From the sequence record SRR2962707_1170: DNA of 56,773 nucleotides; one strand, 5' to 3'. The first letter of the stretch is position 1, and the number at the start of each line of letters is the position of its first letter. The notes under the pieces were generated by a model, which saw only the letters and a list, made by a program, of their open reading frames with translations, ran no database searches and had not been told where the DNA came from. A program made the position numbers and the translations under genes. Of the stretch, positions 9,205 through 17,948 are shown in pieces.

Positions 9205-9231
9205 TTCACAAACGATTCACTGAACATTCAC
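9205..9231 (-). promoter_or_regulatory. Three GTGAA direct repeats (TTCAC on +) at exact 11-bp period in the S8/VHPO-like divergent promoter
   Basis: TTCAC at 9205, 9216 and 9227. Confidence 0.5.
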
Positions 9232-9347
9232 GGGCGGGAGTGAGGCATGTCGTAGGGTAACTTCACGAATAACAATGAAAGGCTGGAAGGCGGCGCAGTT
9301 TCTCCATTCTGTCGAGCGATACTGCAGTAAAACTTCCAAGGCAAAAA

Positions 9348-10562
9348 ATGGCAAAAATTTCTGATCCAGCGATGACGTATATGTGCGCCGATGAAGGTAA
9401 AATTGTTTACTTGCCCAAGACTGCTGTGCGGCGCGATGGTGCGAGCTGCGCAATGGATGCCCAAACTGCAAAGATGACCGCTGGCCTTGCGGAAATGTAT
9501 TTGTCCGGGGTGTTGAGTGACACGCCGATTTCGGTCGTTACTGGTCGGTTCATGAAGGATCAGGAAGTTACTCTGGAGCACCTTTTTGAACAGGTTTCCC
9601 GCGTGTCGCAACTTTGCTCGGTTGACGTTTCTGCCGCGGACGATTTCAAGGAACGCGCGTTATCGGGTCCGCTTAGTGGTGAGACCTCTTTGCGCAGACG
9701 GGCGCTAGTGGCCCGGCATGCCGGATTTTTCTCAAAAAACGCGGATCAGATTACACCCAAATTCGTTGTCGACAAAGCTCGCACATTAACGCCCGGTGCC
9801 CCTATGCTTGTCCTGCTCGACACGTTGCTGAGCAAAGGCGTTCCCTTTAATCCGGAATTTGAAAATTATTTGAGCAAAGGGCTCATCCAAGGCTCAATGC
9901 GGAAGCTTATTCACGTGACAAAAATGAAGATGTTGCGAGTTGCGCGCTCCCGGCGCAAGTCGATGCGGCCAAGTGTTTTTGCCTCCTTGGTCGCTATGCA
10001 AGAGTGCAATCAGGCGGAAATGGTTTGTCCTGCGAATATTGATGTTTCGGCGGGCCTTGAATGCCTAAAGACCTTCGCTCCCGATGTTTTGGCCAGTGTC
10101 GCAGAATGGAACCGAGTGAACGGCGCTGCAGGCCAGACGCTTTGGTCCGCAGAAGGGCATGCCCAGATCGGGTGGAGCCCCTTTGAAATGGAGGCCAATT
10201 ATATGTTGCCCCGAAAACCAGAGTTAAGCCTTCAAGGGGCGCAGGACGCCCAATTGGCCCACGCAGCTGTGGCCTCCGCTTGTGCCACCTTTATTTCGTT
10301 CATTTTTGACACCAGCGTTGAAGTCACTGATTTCGGGGCCTTTGGTTTCAATGGATCTACTGATGATCTATTAGTTGGAACGTTAGAAGTTGCCAGAATG
10401 GTGCAATCAACAGAAGCCCGTTTCTACCCCCATGAAATTGAAATGGATTTTCAGTTGGGTCAAGATCTCGCGTTGTCCGTTCTGAGCCAGGCAATCCTGT
10501 CACCCTTGGTTGCGGCCAATCAATGTAGACCCAATTTGGATGTCGATCTGGCGACGGCTTGA
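9348..10562 (+). CDS. Divergent vanadium-dependent haloperoxidase-like protein, probably catalytically inactive
   Basis: AGLAEMYLSGVLSDTP, RRKSMRPSVFASLV, LAHAAVASACATFISFIFD and FQLGQDLALSVLSQ follow the order of VBPO segments (AEMxExYxMALLRDVP, HRRLRPE, SGHATVAGACVTILKAFFD, LGExIAIxILxE). The PSGH and RxxxGxH motifs are eroded. Confidence 0.55.
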   Translation: MAKISDPAMTYMCADEGKIVYLPKTAVRRDGASCAMDAQTAKMTAGLAEMYLSGVLSDTPISVVTGRFMKDQEVTLEHLFEQVSRVSQLCSVDVSAADDFKERALSGPLSGETSLRRRALVARHAGFFSKNADQITPKFVVDKARTLTPGAPMLVLLDTLLSKGVPFNPEFENYLSKGLIQGSMRKLIHVTKMKMLRVARSRRKSMRPSVFASLVAMQECNQAEMVCPANIDVSAGLECLKTFAPDVLASVAEWNRVNGAAGQTLWSAEGHAQIGWSPFEMEANYMLPRKPELSLQGAQDAQLAHAAVASACATFISFIFDTSVEVTDFGAFGFNGSTDDLLVGTLEVARMVQSTEARFYPHEIEMDFQLGQDLALSVLSQAILSPLVAANQCRPNLDVDLATA

Positions 10563-10632
10563 CCCTTTGTAGATACGTGCCCCGATTTGCCAAACCTGAT
10601 CACCGCCCTATCTTTTAATCAGGGGGTGCATC

Positions 10633-11040
10633 ATGAAGTATGCTTTTGTTTTTTGTATGATGGTCTTTATGCTTGGTCCGGCGGTTGCGCAGACTCGGGA
10701 TTCTGAAGGCCTTCAAAATGTCATTCGGCAGCAGTTTCAAGCGTTTCAACTTGAAGACGTCGGCAAGGCTTTTGAATATGCTAGCCCCAATATCCAGTCA
10801 ATGTTTGGCACAGCTGACAACTTTGGGTCGATGGTGCGACGCGGATATCCCATGGTCTGGGACCATGATCAGATCCGCTTTGGTAACTTGCGTGAAATCG
10901 ACGGAATCATTTGGCAAAAAGTTATTGTGACAGATGCGTCAGGCACGCTTCATATCTTGGATTATCAAATGATCCTGCAAGGTGATGCCTGGAAGATAAA
11001 TGGGGTTCAATACCTGCAAGCCCCTGAAATTGGAGCATAA
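10633..11040 (+). CDS. Secreted DUF4864-type (NTF2-like) protein
   Basis: Signal peptide; QNVIRQQFQAFQLEDVGKAFEYASPNIQSMFGTADNFGSMVRRGYPMVW ... WKINGV. Confidence 0.75.
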   Translation: MKYAFVFCMMVFMLGPAVAQTRDSEGLQNVIRQQFQAFQLEDVGKAFEYASPNIQSMFGTADNFGSMVRRGYPMVWDHDQIRFGNLREIDGIIWQKVIVTDASGTLHILDYQMILQGDAWKINGVQYLQAPEIGA

Positions 11041-11220
11041 AATCGACGTATCCGTTGAATAGAGAACGTTGGTTTTAAGCCCTGTTAACCCCTTTTTCCT
11101 AACTCTTTCCACGTCTGAGGCCAGCGCGCCTCGTTCGTCAAAACCGTAGCGACTTTGCTTTTTGATCGGGGTGCGTTTGCCACTGGTCCGGGTTTGATTT
11201 GGCTTTGGAAAGGGAATGCG

Positions 11221-13506
11221 ATGAATAAGGCGATTACCGATGGCGTGGTCCTGATGCCCACGGCGTTTGAGGCAGGGCTGGGGCAGTGGTCGAGTGGCGA
11301 CGGCGTACCCGGATCTGACACCTATCAGTCAAGCGGATCCGCCGCTCTTGTTCCCGCGGATCAGGATTTCGGGGCGTGTCTTGAATTGCAAAAAACAGAG
11401 TCCGTCCAAAGGCTGCGTTATATGGGAGAGACGCCCCTACTTGCAGGCTGTTACCTGCGGATCAAGGTGCGGATCAAAGCTGTTTCTGGAAATTTGCCGT
11501 CTGTGCGGATTGCAGGTTGGGCCGGGGCTGCGGGCGGGGGACATGTCAGCGGCGTACCCCAAGAGGGGTCGGTCACGGCGTTGACCAACTATGGCGAAGT
11601 GGTGGAGGTTTGCGCGATTGTTGGTGCCGGAAATCGCACCGGTGTTGATATGGTCTGGGGCGTGACGCCTATTTTTGGCCATTTTGGGCTGGACCTGACG
11701 GGCGCGACCGGTGGTGTGGTGCGCATCGACGATATTGTGATCGAAGATGTCACCCATGTTTTCCATCGGACCATGATGGATTGGGTTGATGTGCGAGATT
11801 TTGGTGCTGTCGGGGATGGCTCAACGAATGACAGCGCAGCCTTTGAAGCCGCCGACGCTGCGGCGCAAGGGAGAGATGTCTTTGTGCCCCGAGGTGTATT
11901 CCGGCTGAACAATAGCGTGACCTTTGACAATCGAGCCCGGTTCGAAGGCACAGTTTCGATGCCGGATTCTGCTGTGCTGAACATGACAAAGAGCTTTGAT
12001 CTTCCGACCTATATCGACGCCTTTGGCGACGAGGAACTGGCGTTTCGCAAAGCTTTTCAGGCGCTCCTGGACAATTCTGATCATGAGAGCCTGGATTTGG
12101 GTGGTCGGCGGGTTTCGATAACCGGGCCGATTGACATGCAGGCGGCCGTTAGCAATCGGACAGAGTTTGCCCAACGCCGGGTGATCCGAAATGGTCAGTT
12201 GCGGGCCGAGGATAGCGGCAATTGGGCCCCGACGGTGGTGACAAGTCAGGGAACCTATTCATCCAATGCCCAAAACCGCCTGAGTAACGTGAACAACGTG
12301 GCCAATATCGCCGTGGGCTCTTTGGTCGAAGGGACGGGCGTTGGACGTGAAGTCTATGTCCGTGCGCGCAATATCGCCGCGCAGGAAATCACCCTGTCTC
12401 AGCCTTTGTCTGACGCGGATGGCACGCAAAACTTCACGTTCACCCGTTTCAAATATATCTTGGATTTCAGCGCCTTTGATAAGCTGCAGGACTTTGAAAT
12501 TTCAAATGTCGAGTTTCAGTGCAGCGCGCTTGCCAGTGGGGTCATGCTGGCTCCTTCTGGCCGGATCATGCAGCTCAGGGACTGTGTTTTTAACCGTCCG
12601 GGTCACCGCGGGGTGACATCCATCGGCGAAGGTTGTGCCGGAATGCTTGTTGATCGTTGCAAGTTTCTAAGCGCTGAGAATGATTTGCTTGTCCAGAATC
12701 GCCAGAGCGTAGCTATTAATACCAATGTAAACGATGTAAAACTGCGCCATAATAGGGCGTCTCAGTTTCGGCATTTTGCTGTTATGAGCGGCACTTACTT
12801 GATGATTATCGGAAACCACTTCTTTCAGGGGGACAGTTCCTCCAGCGGCATACGCTCGGCAGGCATATTGCTGACGTATAAAGCCTGCAACGTCACGCTC
12901 TCTCATAACTATGTTGATAATTGCTTCATTGAATGGACAAATGAGCGAGATCCAAACCCAGATTTCACGACCGGTTTTGGGTTTTCTGGATTGACGATCA
13001 ACAGCAATGTTTTTCTGTGTTCAAACGTCGCGGATTGGTTCTCATTTATTGTGATCAAACCCTATGGCACGGGACATTATGTGAATGGGCTCAATGTGTC
13101 AGGAAATACATTCCGTACGGTGGGTGGTCAGATTGATCGAGTTGAGCGAGTAGACACTAGCTTTGCCAACCTGGATATGGATCGAATGCGCAAGATCGAG
13201 TTTTCTGGAAACACTTACCAGAATGTGGAATACGCCACCCGCAATCCTTTGACTTTGTCGCATTCGCAAAACTCAAATGCCTCGACATGGCAGATCGGAA
13301 CGTCGAGCAATTTACCGTTTGATGGCTATGCTCAGATTGTCGAGAGTGTTGTAGTTCAAGGTGGCGTGACAAACGGGAATTCAACGCAATTCGTCATGCC
13401 CTATGTGCGGACCCATCAAGGTGATGCGCAAAACCAAGTGCAATTGGTTTGGCCAACAGCCGTTCGAGGAGACGTGACACTTACCGTTCGATCTGACGAT
13501 CAATAA
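11221..13506 (+). CDS. Pectate-lyase-3/GH28-related right-handed beta-helix protein
   Basis: VDVRDFGAVGDGSTNDSAAFEAA motif followed by parallel beta-helix repeats. Start taken at MNKAITDG after a GGGA RBS. Confidence 0.8.
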   Translation: MNKAITDGVVLMPTAFEAGLGQWSSGDGVPGSDTYQSSGSAALVPADQDFGACLELQKTESVQRLRYMGETPLLAGCYLRIKVRIKAVSGNLPSVRIAGWAGAAGGGHVSGVPQEGSVTALTNYGEVVEVCAIVGAGNRTGVDMVWGVTPIFGHFGLDLTGATGGVVRIDDIVIEDVTHVFHRTMMDWVDVRDFGAVGDGSTNDSAAFEAADAAAQGRDVFVPRGVFRLNNSVTFDNRARFEGTVSMPDSAVLNMTKSFDLPTYIDAFGDEELAFRKAFQALLDNSDHESLDLGGRRVSITGPIDMQAAVSNRTEFAQRRVIRNGQLRAEDSGNWAPTVVTSQGTYSSNAQNRLSNVNNVANIAVGSLVEGTGVGREVYVRARNIAAQEITLSQPLSDADGTQNFTFTRFKYILDFSAFDKLQDFEISNVEFQCSALASGVMLAPSGRIMQLRDCVFNRPGHRGVTSIGEGCAGMLVDRCKFLSAENDLLVQNRQSVAINTNVNDVKLRHNRASQFRHFAVMSGTYLMIIGNHFFQGDSSSSGIRSAGILLTYKACNVTLSHNYVDNCFIEWTNERDPNPDFTTGFGFSGLTINSNVFLCSNVADWFSFIVIKPYGTGHYVNGLNVSGNTFRTVGGQIDRVERVDTSFANLDMDRMRKIEFSGNTYQNVEYATRNPLTLSHSQNSNASTWQIGTSSNLPFDGYAQIVESVVVQGGVTNGNSTQFVMPYVRTHQGDAQNQVQLVWPTAVRGDVTLTVRSDDQ

Positions 13507-13558
13507 GCTGACGAAAGGCCCATTTTTGTCGTCCGGTGGTTAACGATGCGTCAATTCG

Positions 13559-13577
13559 AATGCTGCAGCCGCAAAAT
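13559..13577. promoter_or_regulatory. PhaR-like box upstream of parA
   Basis: AATGCTGCAGCCGCAAAAT; 16/19 identical to 17733-17751; resembles the CTGC-N3-4-GCA PhaR operator of Rhodobacter. Confidence 0.4.
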
Positions 13578-13612
13578 AACGTGCTAATCTACTCCGAATC
13601 TGGGGAGATAAC

Positions 13613-14245
13613 ATGACAGGTTCGATTATTACGATCGCGCAGCAAAAGGGCGGATCTGGAAAGACCACTGTTGCGGCAAATCTAGCTATTGGGTTTCGTC
13701 AAATGGGCAAACGGGTGGCGTTGATTGATACCGATCCTCAAGGCAGTTTGGGGCGTTGGTTCATGTCTCGTATGCAACGGGATGAAACCTTGGTTGACGG
13801 TATGGATTTTTCAACGTCTTCGGCGTGGGGGATCACATATGAGTGTCGTAAACTTTGCGAAAACAATGACTTTGTCATTATTGATACCCCGCCCAAAGCG
13901 GATAGCGATCTGCGCCCGGCGCTAAGGGCCGCAGACTTGGTGGTTGTTCCGGTTTCGATGAGCCATGTTGACCTTTGGGCGACCGAAGGGGTGCTGGACT
14001 TGGCGCGTCGTGAGAATAAGCCCGTGATGGTCGTGATGAACCGGACTCGTCCGGGCACACGACTGTCCCGCGATATTGCCGAAGCGATGCAAGAGATCGA
14101 TGCAGAATTGGCCGAAGCTCAGTTGGGAAACCGGGTGGTTTATGCCGAAGCGCTGGGGCAGGGACTTGGCGCCAGTGAAGGTCCGCGCAGCCGCGCCAAA
14201 GATGAAGTCGCGGCACTGACAGCAGAGGTGGCGCATCGCGTCTAA
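13613..14245 (+). CDS. parA: Short orphan ParA/MinD-family ATPase
   Basis: Deviant Walker A QKGGSGKTT, IDTDPQGS and IIDTPP; 210 aa; no parB in the window. Confidence 0.88.
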   Translation: MTGSIITIAQQKGGSGKTTVAANLAIGFRQMGKRVALIDTDPQGSLGRWFMSRMQRDETLVDGMDFSTSSAWGITYECRKLCENNDFVIIDTPPKADSDLRPALRAADLVVVPVSMSHVDLWATEGVLDLARRENKPVMVVMNRTRPGTRLSRDIAEAMQEIDAELAEAQLGNRVVYAEALGQGLGASEGPRSRAKDEVAALTAEVAHRV

Positions 14246-14284
14246 CCGCGTTACATGAGCGCGACCCAAAAGAAAGGTGCCGCC

Positions 14285-15136
14285 ATGACTGACCTTGATG
14301 CTCTGCGATCGTTGATCCGGTCAGACAGCCAAAGCCGTGGTGCGCCGATTTCCAAGCTCGGCTATTTCTGTGCGCCGTTTCGTCCTAAGGATGGACCGTT
14401 CTCTGACAAGGTGATCAAGATCTATCGCGGATTGGCTGATGCGGCTGCGATGGACCGGCTTGCCCAGTATCATGACGATTACGCTGAGGCCCTGCGTACA
14501 GCTGGGGTTCCCTTACCTCACACCGAATTCCATTTGCTTGATGTTGATGGCGCCCGCGTGCCTTTGATTGTTCAGGATGCTTTGCCTGCCGACAGTATGA
14601 TGCGCCCGTTGATGCAATCCGGCACATTGGCCGAGACTTTGGACATGATGCAATCGGCCGGAGAGGTGATTGCTACTTTTTGGAACAATGCAGATCAATT
14701 CGAGACACGTATTGGCTTTCACCCGTCGATCCGAAACTTTGCGATCGTGGACGGCAAGGCGGTGTTCTTTGACACGTTCCCACCATTGATCCACTACTCT
14801 CGCGAAGAAATGGGACAGATGCTGCTTTTGTTTTCGGAAAAGCGTTTGATGCGTCTGGTGGGACCGTTCCTTAAGACCAAAGTGACGGGCATTCAGGATG
14901 AATGGTATTCCGCGCCCGAGACATTGGTCGGGCTGGTGGGCTCTGCCTGTCGGTTGCGGCCCGACGATGCCGAAGCCTATCTTGACTGGGGGCGCGGGTT
15001 TGCTAAATCCGCAATGCCGCGCTGGGCGGATGAGGCTTTGGCTGGTATGAAAGAGCCGCCACGCTTACCCGGCTATTGGACAGGGTTCCGAAAACTTCTT
15101 GGCTTGCAGGGTGAGCCAAACATCCGAACCGACTGA
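14285..15136 (+). CDS. DUF6206-type protein with protein-kinase-like fold features
   Basis: VIKIY (beta3 Lys-like), FHPSIRNF (catalytic-loop-like, no Asp) and FFDTF (DFG-like). Start 14285 has an AAAGGT RBS; 14255 is an alternative. Confidence 0.5.
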   Translation: MTDLDALRSLIRSDSQSRGAPISKLGYFCAPFRPKDGPFSDKVIKIYRGLADAAAMDRLAQYHDDYAEALRTAGVPLPHTEFHLLDVDGARVPLIVQDALPADSMMRPLMQSGTLAETLDMMQSAGEVIATFWNNADQFETRIGFHPSIRNFAIVDGKAVFFDTFPPLIHYSREEMGQMLLLFSEKRLMRLVGPFLKTKVTGIQDEWYSAPETLVGLVGSACRLRPDDAEAYLDWGRGFAKSAMPRWADEALAGMKEPPRLPGYWTGFRKLLGLQGEPNIRTD

Positions 15137-15191
15137 ATCATTTGGAGATTTGACAGAGTCATGGCACTGTTCCTTCTTGAGGGAGGACACT

Positions 15192-15509
15192 ATGCCAAAC
15201 ATTTCTTATCCGAGTGCCTGTCAAACCGTCATTACCACATTTGAGACCACACCGGGGACGTGTCAGGATTTGTTGGACGCGCTTACCGATGCCTATGACA
15301 CTGTGATATCCAAACAGCCGGGATTTATTTCAGCGGCGTTGCACGTGAATGACGCGCAGACCAGAATAGCGAATTATTCCCAGTGGACACGCCGCGAAGA
15401 TTTTCAAGCGATGCTCAGAACGACCGAGATGCGGGACCGAAATCGGCATTTCAATACGCTTTGCCGCAGTTTTGAGCCCGTTATGTATGACGTAGCGGCT
15501 GGTTTCTGA
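15192..15509 (+). CDS. Antibiotic biosynthesis monooxygenase (ABM) family protein
   Basis: GGAGGA RBS; QPGFISAALHVNDAQTRIANYSQW; 105 aa. Confidence 0.8.
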   Translation: MPNISYPSACQTVITTFETTPGTCQDLLDALTDAYDTVISKQPGFISAALHVNDAQTRIANYSQWTRREDFQAMLRTTEMRDRNRHFNTLCRSFEPVMYDVAAGF

Positions 15510-15573
15510 TCCGGATCAAGGCGGGTTTTCCGCAAACCCTCCACCATAGGGCAGCCATTGATGGAGGGGCGCT

Positions 15574-15981
15574 ATGTATCACAATATTCTTGTTCCGATC
15601 TCGTTTGATGAAGATTCAAAAGCCAAGGATGCGATTGAGGTCGCTAAGGCCTTATCAGCCGACGGGGCGAAGATCACTTTGCTTCATGTCATGGAGCAGG
15701 TGCCAGGTTACGCCATTAGCTATATGTCTCAGGAATATATGACAGAGGCCTTGGCGGCGGTTCAGACCGAACTGGCCAGCATGGCAGCGCCGATTGAAAA
15801 TGGCGAAAGCCTTGTCGTCTCCGGACATTCTGGTCGAACCATTCTAGATTGGGCGGCGCAAAACGGTGTGGATTGCATCGTTGTCGCGTCGCACCGGCCC
15901 GGCATGCAGGATTTGCTGATTGGATCGACAGCCACACAGATTGTCCGTCATGCGAAATGCGGGGTTCACGTGTTGCGATGA
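15574..15981 (+). CDS. Universal stress protein (UspA family)
   Basis: YHNILVPI ... DCIVVASHRPGMQDLLIGSTATQIVRHAKCGVHVLR. Confidence 0.92.
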   Translation: MYHNILVPISFDEDSKAKDAIEVAKALSADGAKITLLHVMEQVPGYAISYMSQEYMTEALAAVQTELASMAAPIENGESLVVSGHSGRTILDWAAQNGVDCIVVASHRPGMQDLLIGSTATQIVRHAKCGVHVLR

Positions 15982-16029
15982 TTGACACTTTGAGATTGTG
16001 TACCATGTAGTTGCCGAAGGAGGGGGTAC

Positions 16030-16578
16030 ATGGAACAATCTGACAGGCTGCTGCACCGCGGGGGATTGCCAGACGCTTTGCGCGTTCTGCTCGAAGATTT
16101 CCCGCGGGATGTTTGGGAGGCGCATCCAAACTTTTCTGGTTTGGTGGCGTTCTGGCTTGAACGGCATGTTATGTTTCGTCGTCTGACCCAGACGCTGAAG
16201 CAGGACGCTGAAACAACGCTGGACGGTAATCTGGATCCGATGCAGTATACCTCTCGACTGACAAAATTCGGAAGCATGCTGATCACGCAGTTACATGGGC
16301 ATCACCAGATCGAAGATCACCACTATTTCCCTGTGTTGGTGGGCATGGCACCAAAACTGGCGCGAGGCTTCGAAATTCTGGACCATGATCATCACGATCT
16401 GGACGGTTTGTTGAACCAGTTTTCCACTTCAGCAAATGCGGTCTTACAAGGGGGCGAGGTCGGCGTATTGTACAGCGAGATTTTGGCCCTCGAAGGTTTT
16501 CTGGGGCGCCATCTTGAAGATGAAGAAGATTTGATTGTGCCGGTTTTACTAAAGCATGGCACAGATGGATTACACTAA
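16030..16578 (+). CDS. Hemerythrin/HHE cation-binding domain protein
   Basis: ERHVMFR, LHGHHQIEDHHYFP, LDHDHHDL and RHLEDEEDLIVP ligand motifs. Confidence 0.85.
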   Translation: MEQSDRLLHRGGLPDALRVLLEDFPRDVWEAHPNFSGLVAFWLERHVMFRRLTQTLKQDAETTLDGNLDPMQYTSRLTKFGSMLITQLHGHHQIEDHHYFPVLVGMAPKLARGFEILDHDHHDLDGLLNQFSTSANAVLQGGEVGVLYSEILALEGFLGRHLEDEEDLIVPVLLKHGTDGLH

Positions 16579-16644
16579 GTTTGATGGTTGAAGCGCTGTG
16601 CCGTGGCCCTTACATATGTCGAAAGCGCAATGTGTTAGGAGGCC

Positions 16645-17070
16645 ATGATGGCTGGACGTAAACTGACCTGTCTAGACTGTGGCCAAGTGAACCGTGTGCC
16701 CAGTGACAAACTCACCTCTAGTCCAAAATGTGGCACTTGCGGGGCCGGTTTGATGTCAGGGAAACCCGTAGACGTGGATTTGGCAACGCTTCAAAAAGCC
16801 GCCCGCAACGATGATGTACCCTTGGTTGTTGATTTTTGGGCACCGTGGTGCGGCCCGTGTCGGATGATGGCCCCCGAGTTCTCTAAGGCTTCGGTGCAAT
16901 TAAAGGGCGCGGCCCGGCTGGTAAAATTGAACACAGAAGATCATCAGGCGGCAGGCGCAAAATACGGCATTCGAGGTATTCCAACGATGGTGAAATTCGC
17001 CGGTGGGCGTGAAGTGAAACGTCAATCCGGTGTCATGCAATCGGCTGGGATCGTTCAGTGGGTTACGTAA
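16645..17070 (+). CDS. trxC: Thioredoxin 2 (zinc-finger thioredoxin)
   Basis: N-terminal CLDC...CGTC zinc finger plus the WCGPC active site. Confidence 0.92.
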   Translation: MMAGRKLTCLDCGQVNRVPSDKLTSSPKCGTCGAGLMSGKPVDVDLATLQKAARNDDVPLVVDFWAPWCGPCRMMAPEFSKASVQLKGAARLVKLNTEDHQAAGAKYGIRGIPTMVKFAGGREVKRQSGVMQSAGIVQWVT

Positions 17071-17350
17071 TGCGAGGGTTTGCGCAGCGGTCCACTCTTT
17101 TGGGTTTGATGTCTGCGCACATGGATTGAATTGGGATTACCGTTCGGCTTCACAAGGAGGCTGTTGGTGGTTTGTCGGATGAGTGACCGGTTTGATGAAT
17201 TTTGAGCAATATTAGGGTGTTAGCCCTATGGGTCTGCGTCGTTTTTCGAGTATTTTTGAAAAGGTGAAGACTGTGGTTGCGCGGCCTTAGTGGCGTGGCA
17301 CTGTGATTGGGGCAGGTGCGGACCCCTTGTGCTCTGTGGGTGGCAGGCCG

Positions 17351-17377
17351 AAAAAAAGGGGCCGCAGGGGCCCCTTT
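17351..17377 (-). terminator. Rho-independent terminator after the DUF2934 gene
   Basis: AAAAAAAGGGGCC-gcagg-GGCCCCTTT, giving a U-tract on the minus strand. Confidence 0.7.
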
Positions 17378-17398
17378 CGGTTTGAATTTGCTTCGTGC

Positions 17399-17677
17399 TC
17401 AGGACGTGGCGGGTTTCGCCGCTTTCGTTTCGCGGGGCTTTTTGGCCGCGGGGGCGGCTTTGGCCTTGGTCTTTGGTGCAGCGGTTGTTTTGGTGGCCGC
17501 CTTGGCCTTTGTTGCGCGGGGTTTTGACGGCGCTTTGCGTTTTGGCTTTGCTGGCGTCAGCGCATCAATCGCTTTCAGCCAATGTTCCTGATCACGTCCT
17601 TCGGGCTGACCGTCGTCGAGCCACAGGAGATAGGCGGTTTCTCGGATTTGAGCTTCGTCAATATTTTGTTGGGTCAT
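17399..17677 (-). CDS. DUF2934 domain protein with Lys/Ala/Pro-rich histone-like tail
   Basis: IRETAYLLWLDDGQPEGRDQEHWLKA (DUF2934 signature) followed by PAKPKRKAPSKPRATKAKAATKTTAAPKTKAKAAPAAKKPRETKAAKP. Confidence 0.85.
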   Translation of the reverse strand: MTQQNIDEAQIRETAYLLWLDDGQPEGRDQEHWLKAIDALTPAKPKRKAPSKPRATKAKAATKTTAAPKTKAKAAPAAKKPRETKAAKPATS

Positions 17678-17732
17678 GGCAGTGGTCCTAAAGCGTCGGT
17701 GTGGAGGAATGATTGCGCTAACATTATGGCGA

Positions 17733-17751
17733 AATGCTGCACCTGCACAAT
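17733..17751. promoter_or_regulatory. PhaR-like box upstream of the DUF2934 gene
   Basis: AATGCTGCACCTGCACAAT, about 56 bp upstream of the start; matches 13559-13577. Confidence 0.4.
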
Positions 17752-17948
17752 GGCTGCTTAGTCAGCTATTCAGCAGGTGTTGCATCGCTGCACGCTCTGG
17801 CAGAGTTGGTTCCGTCGCGGTGGGACGGATTTCGAAATCTGACCACATTCCGCCAGAGGTCTTTTGACGTATCGCACAGGTGGCAAAACCTTGCTCCACA
17901 AGGTCAATCTAATAAACCGGGTTACATGTGGCGGCGCAGGGGCAAACG

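Noticed and set aside
13613-14245. parA as evidence of a plasmid replicon or prophage
   Set aside because: There is no parB, rep, iteron array or phage gene nearby, and the context is chromosomal-type stress genes.
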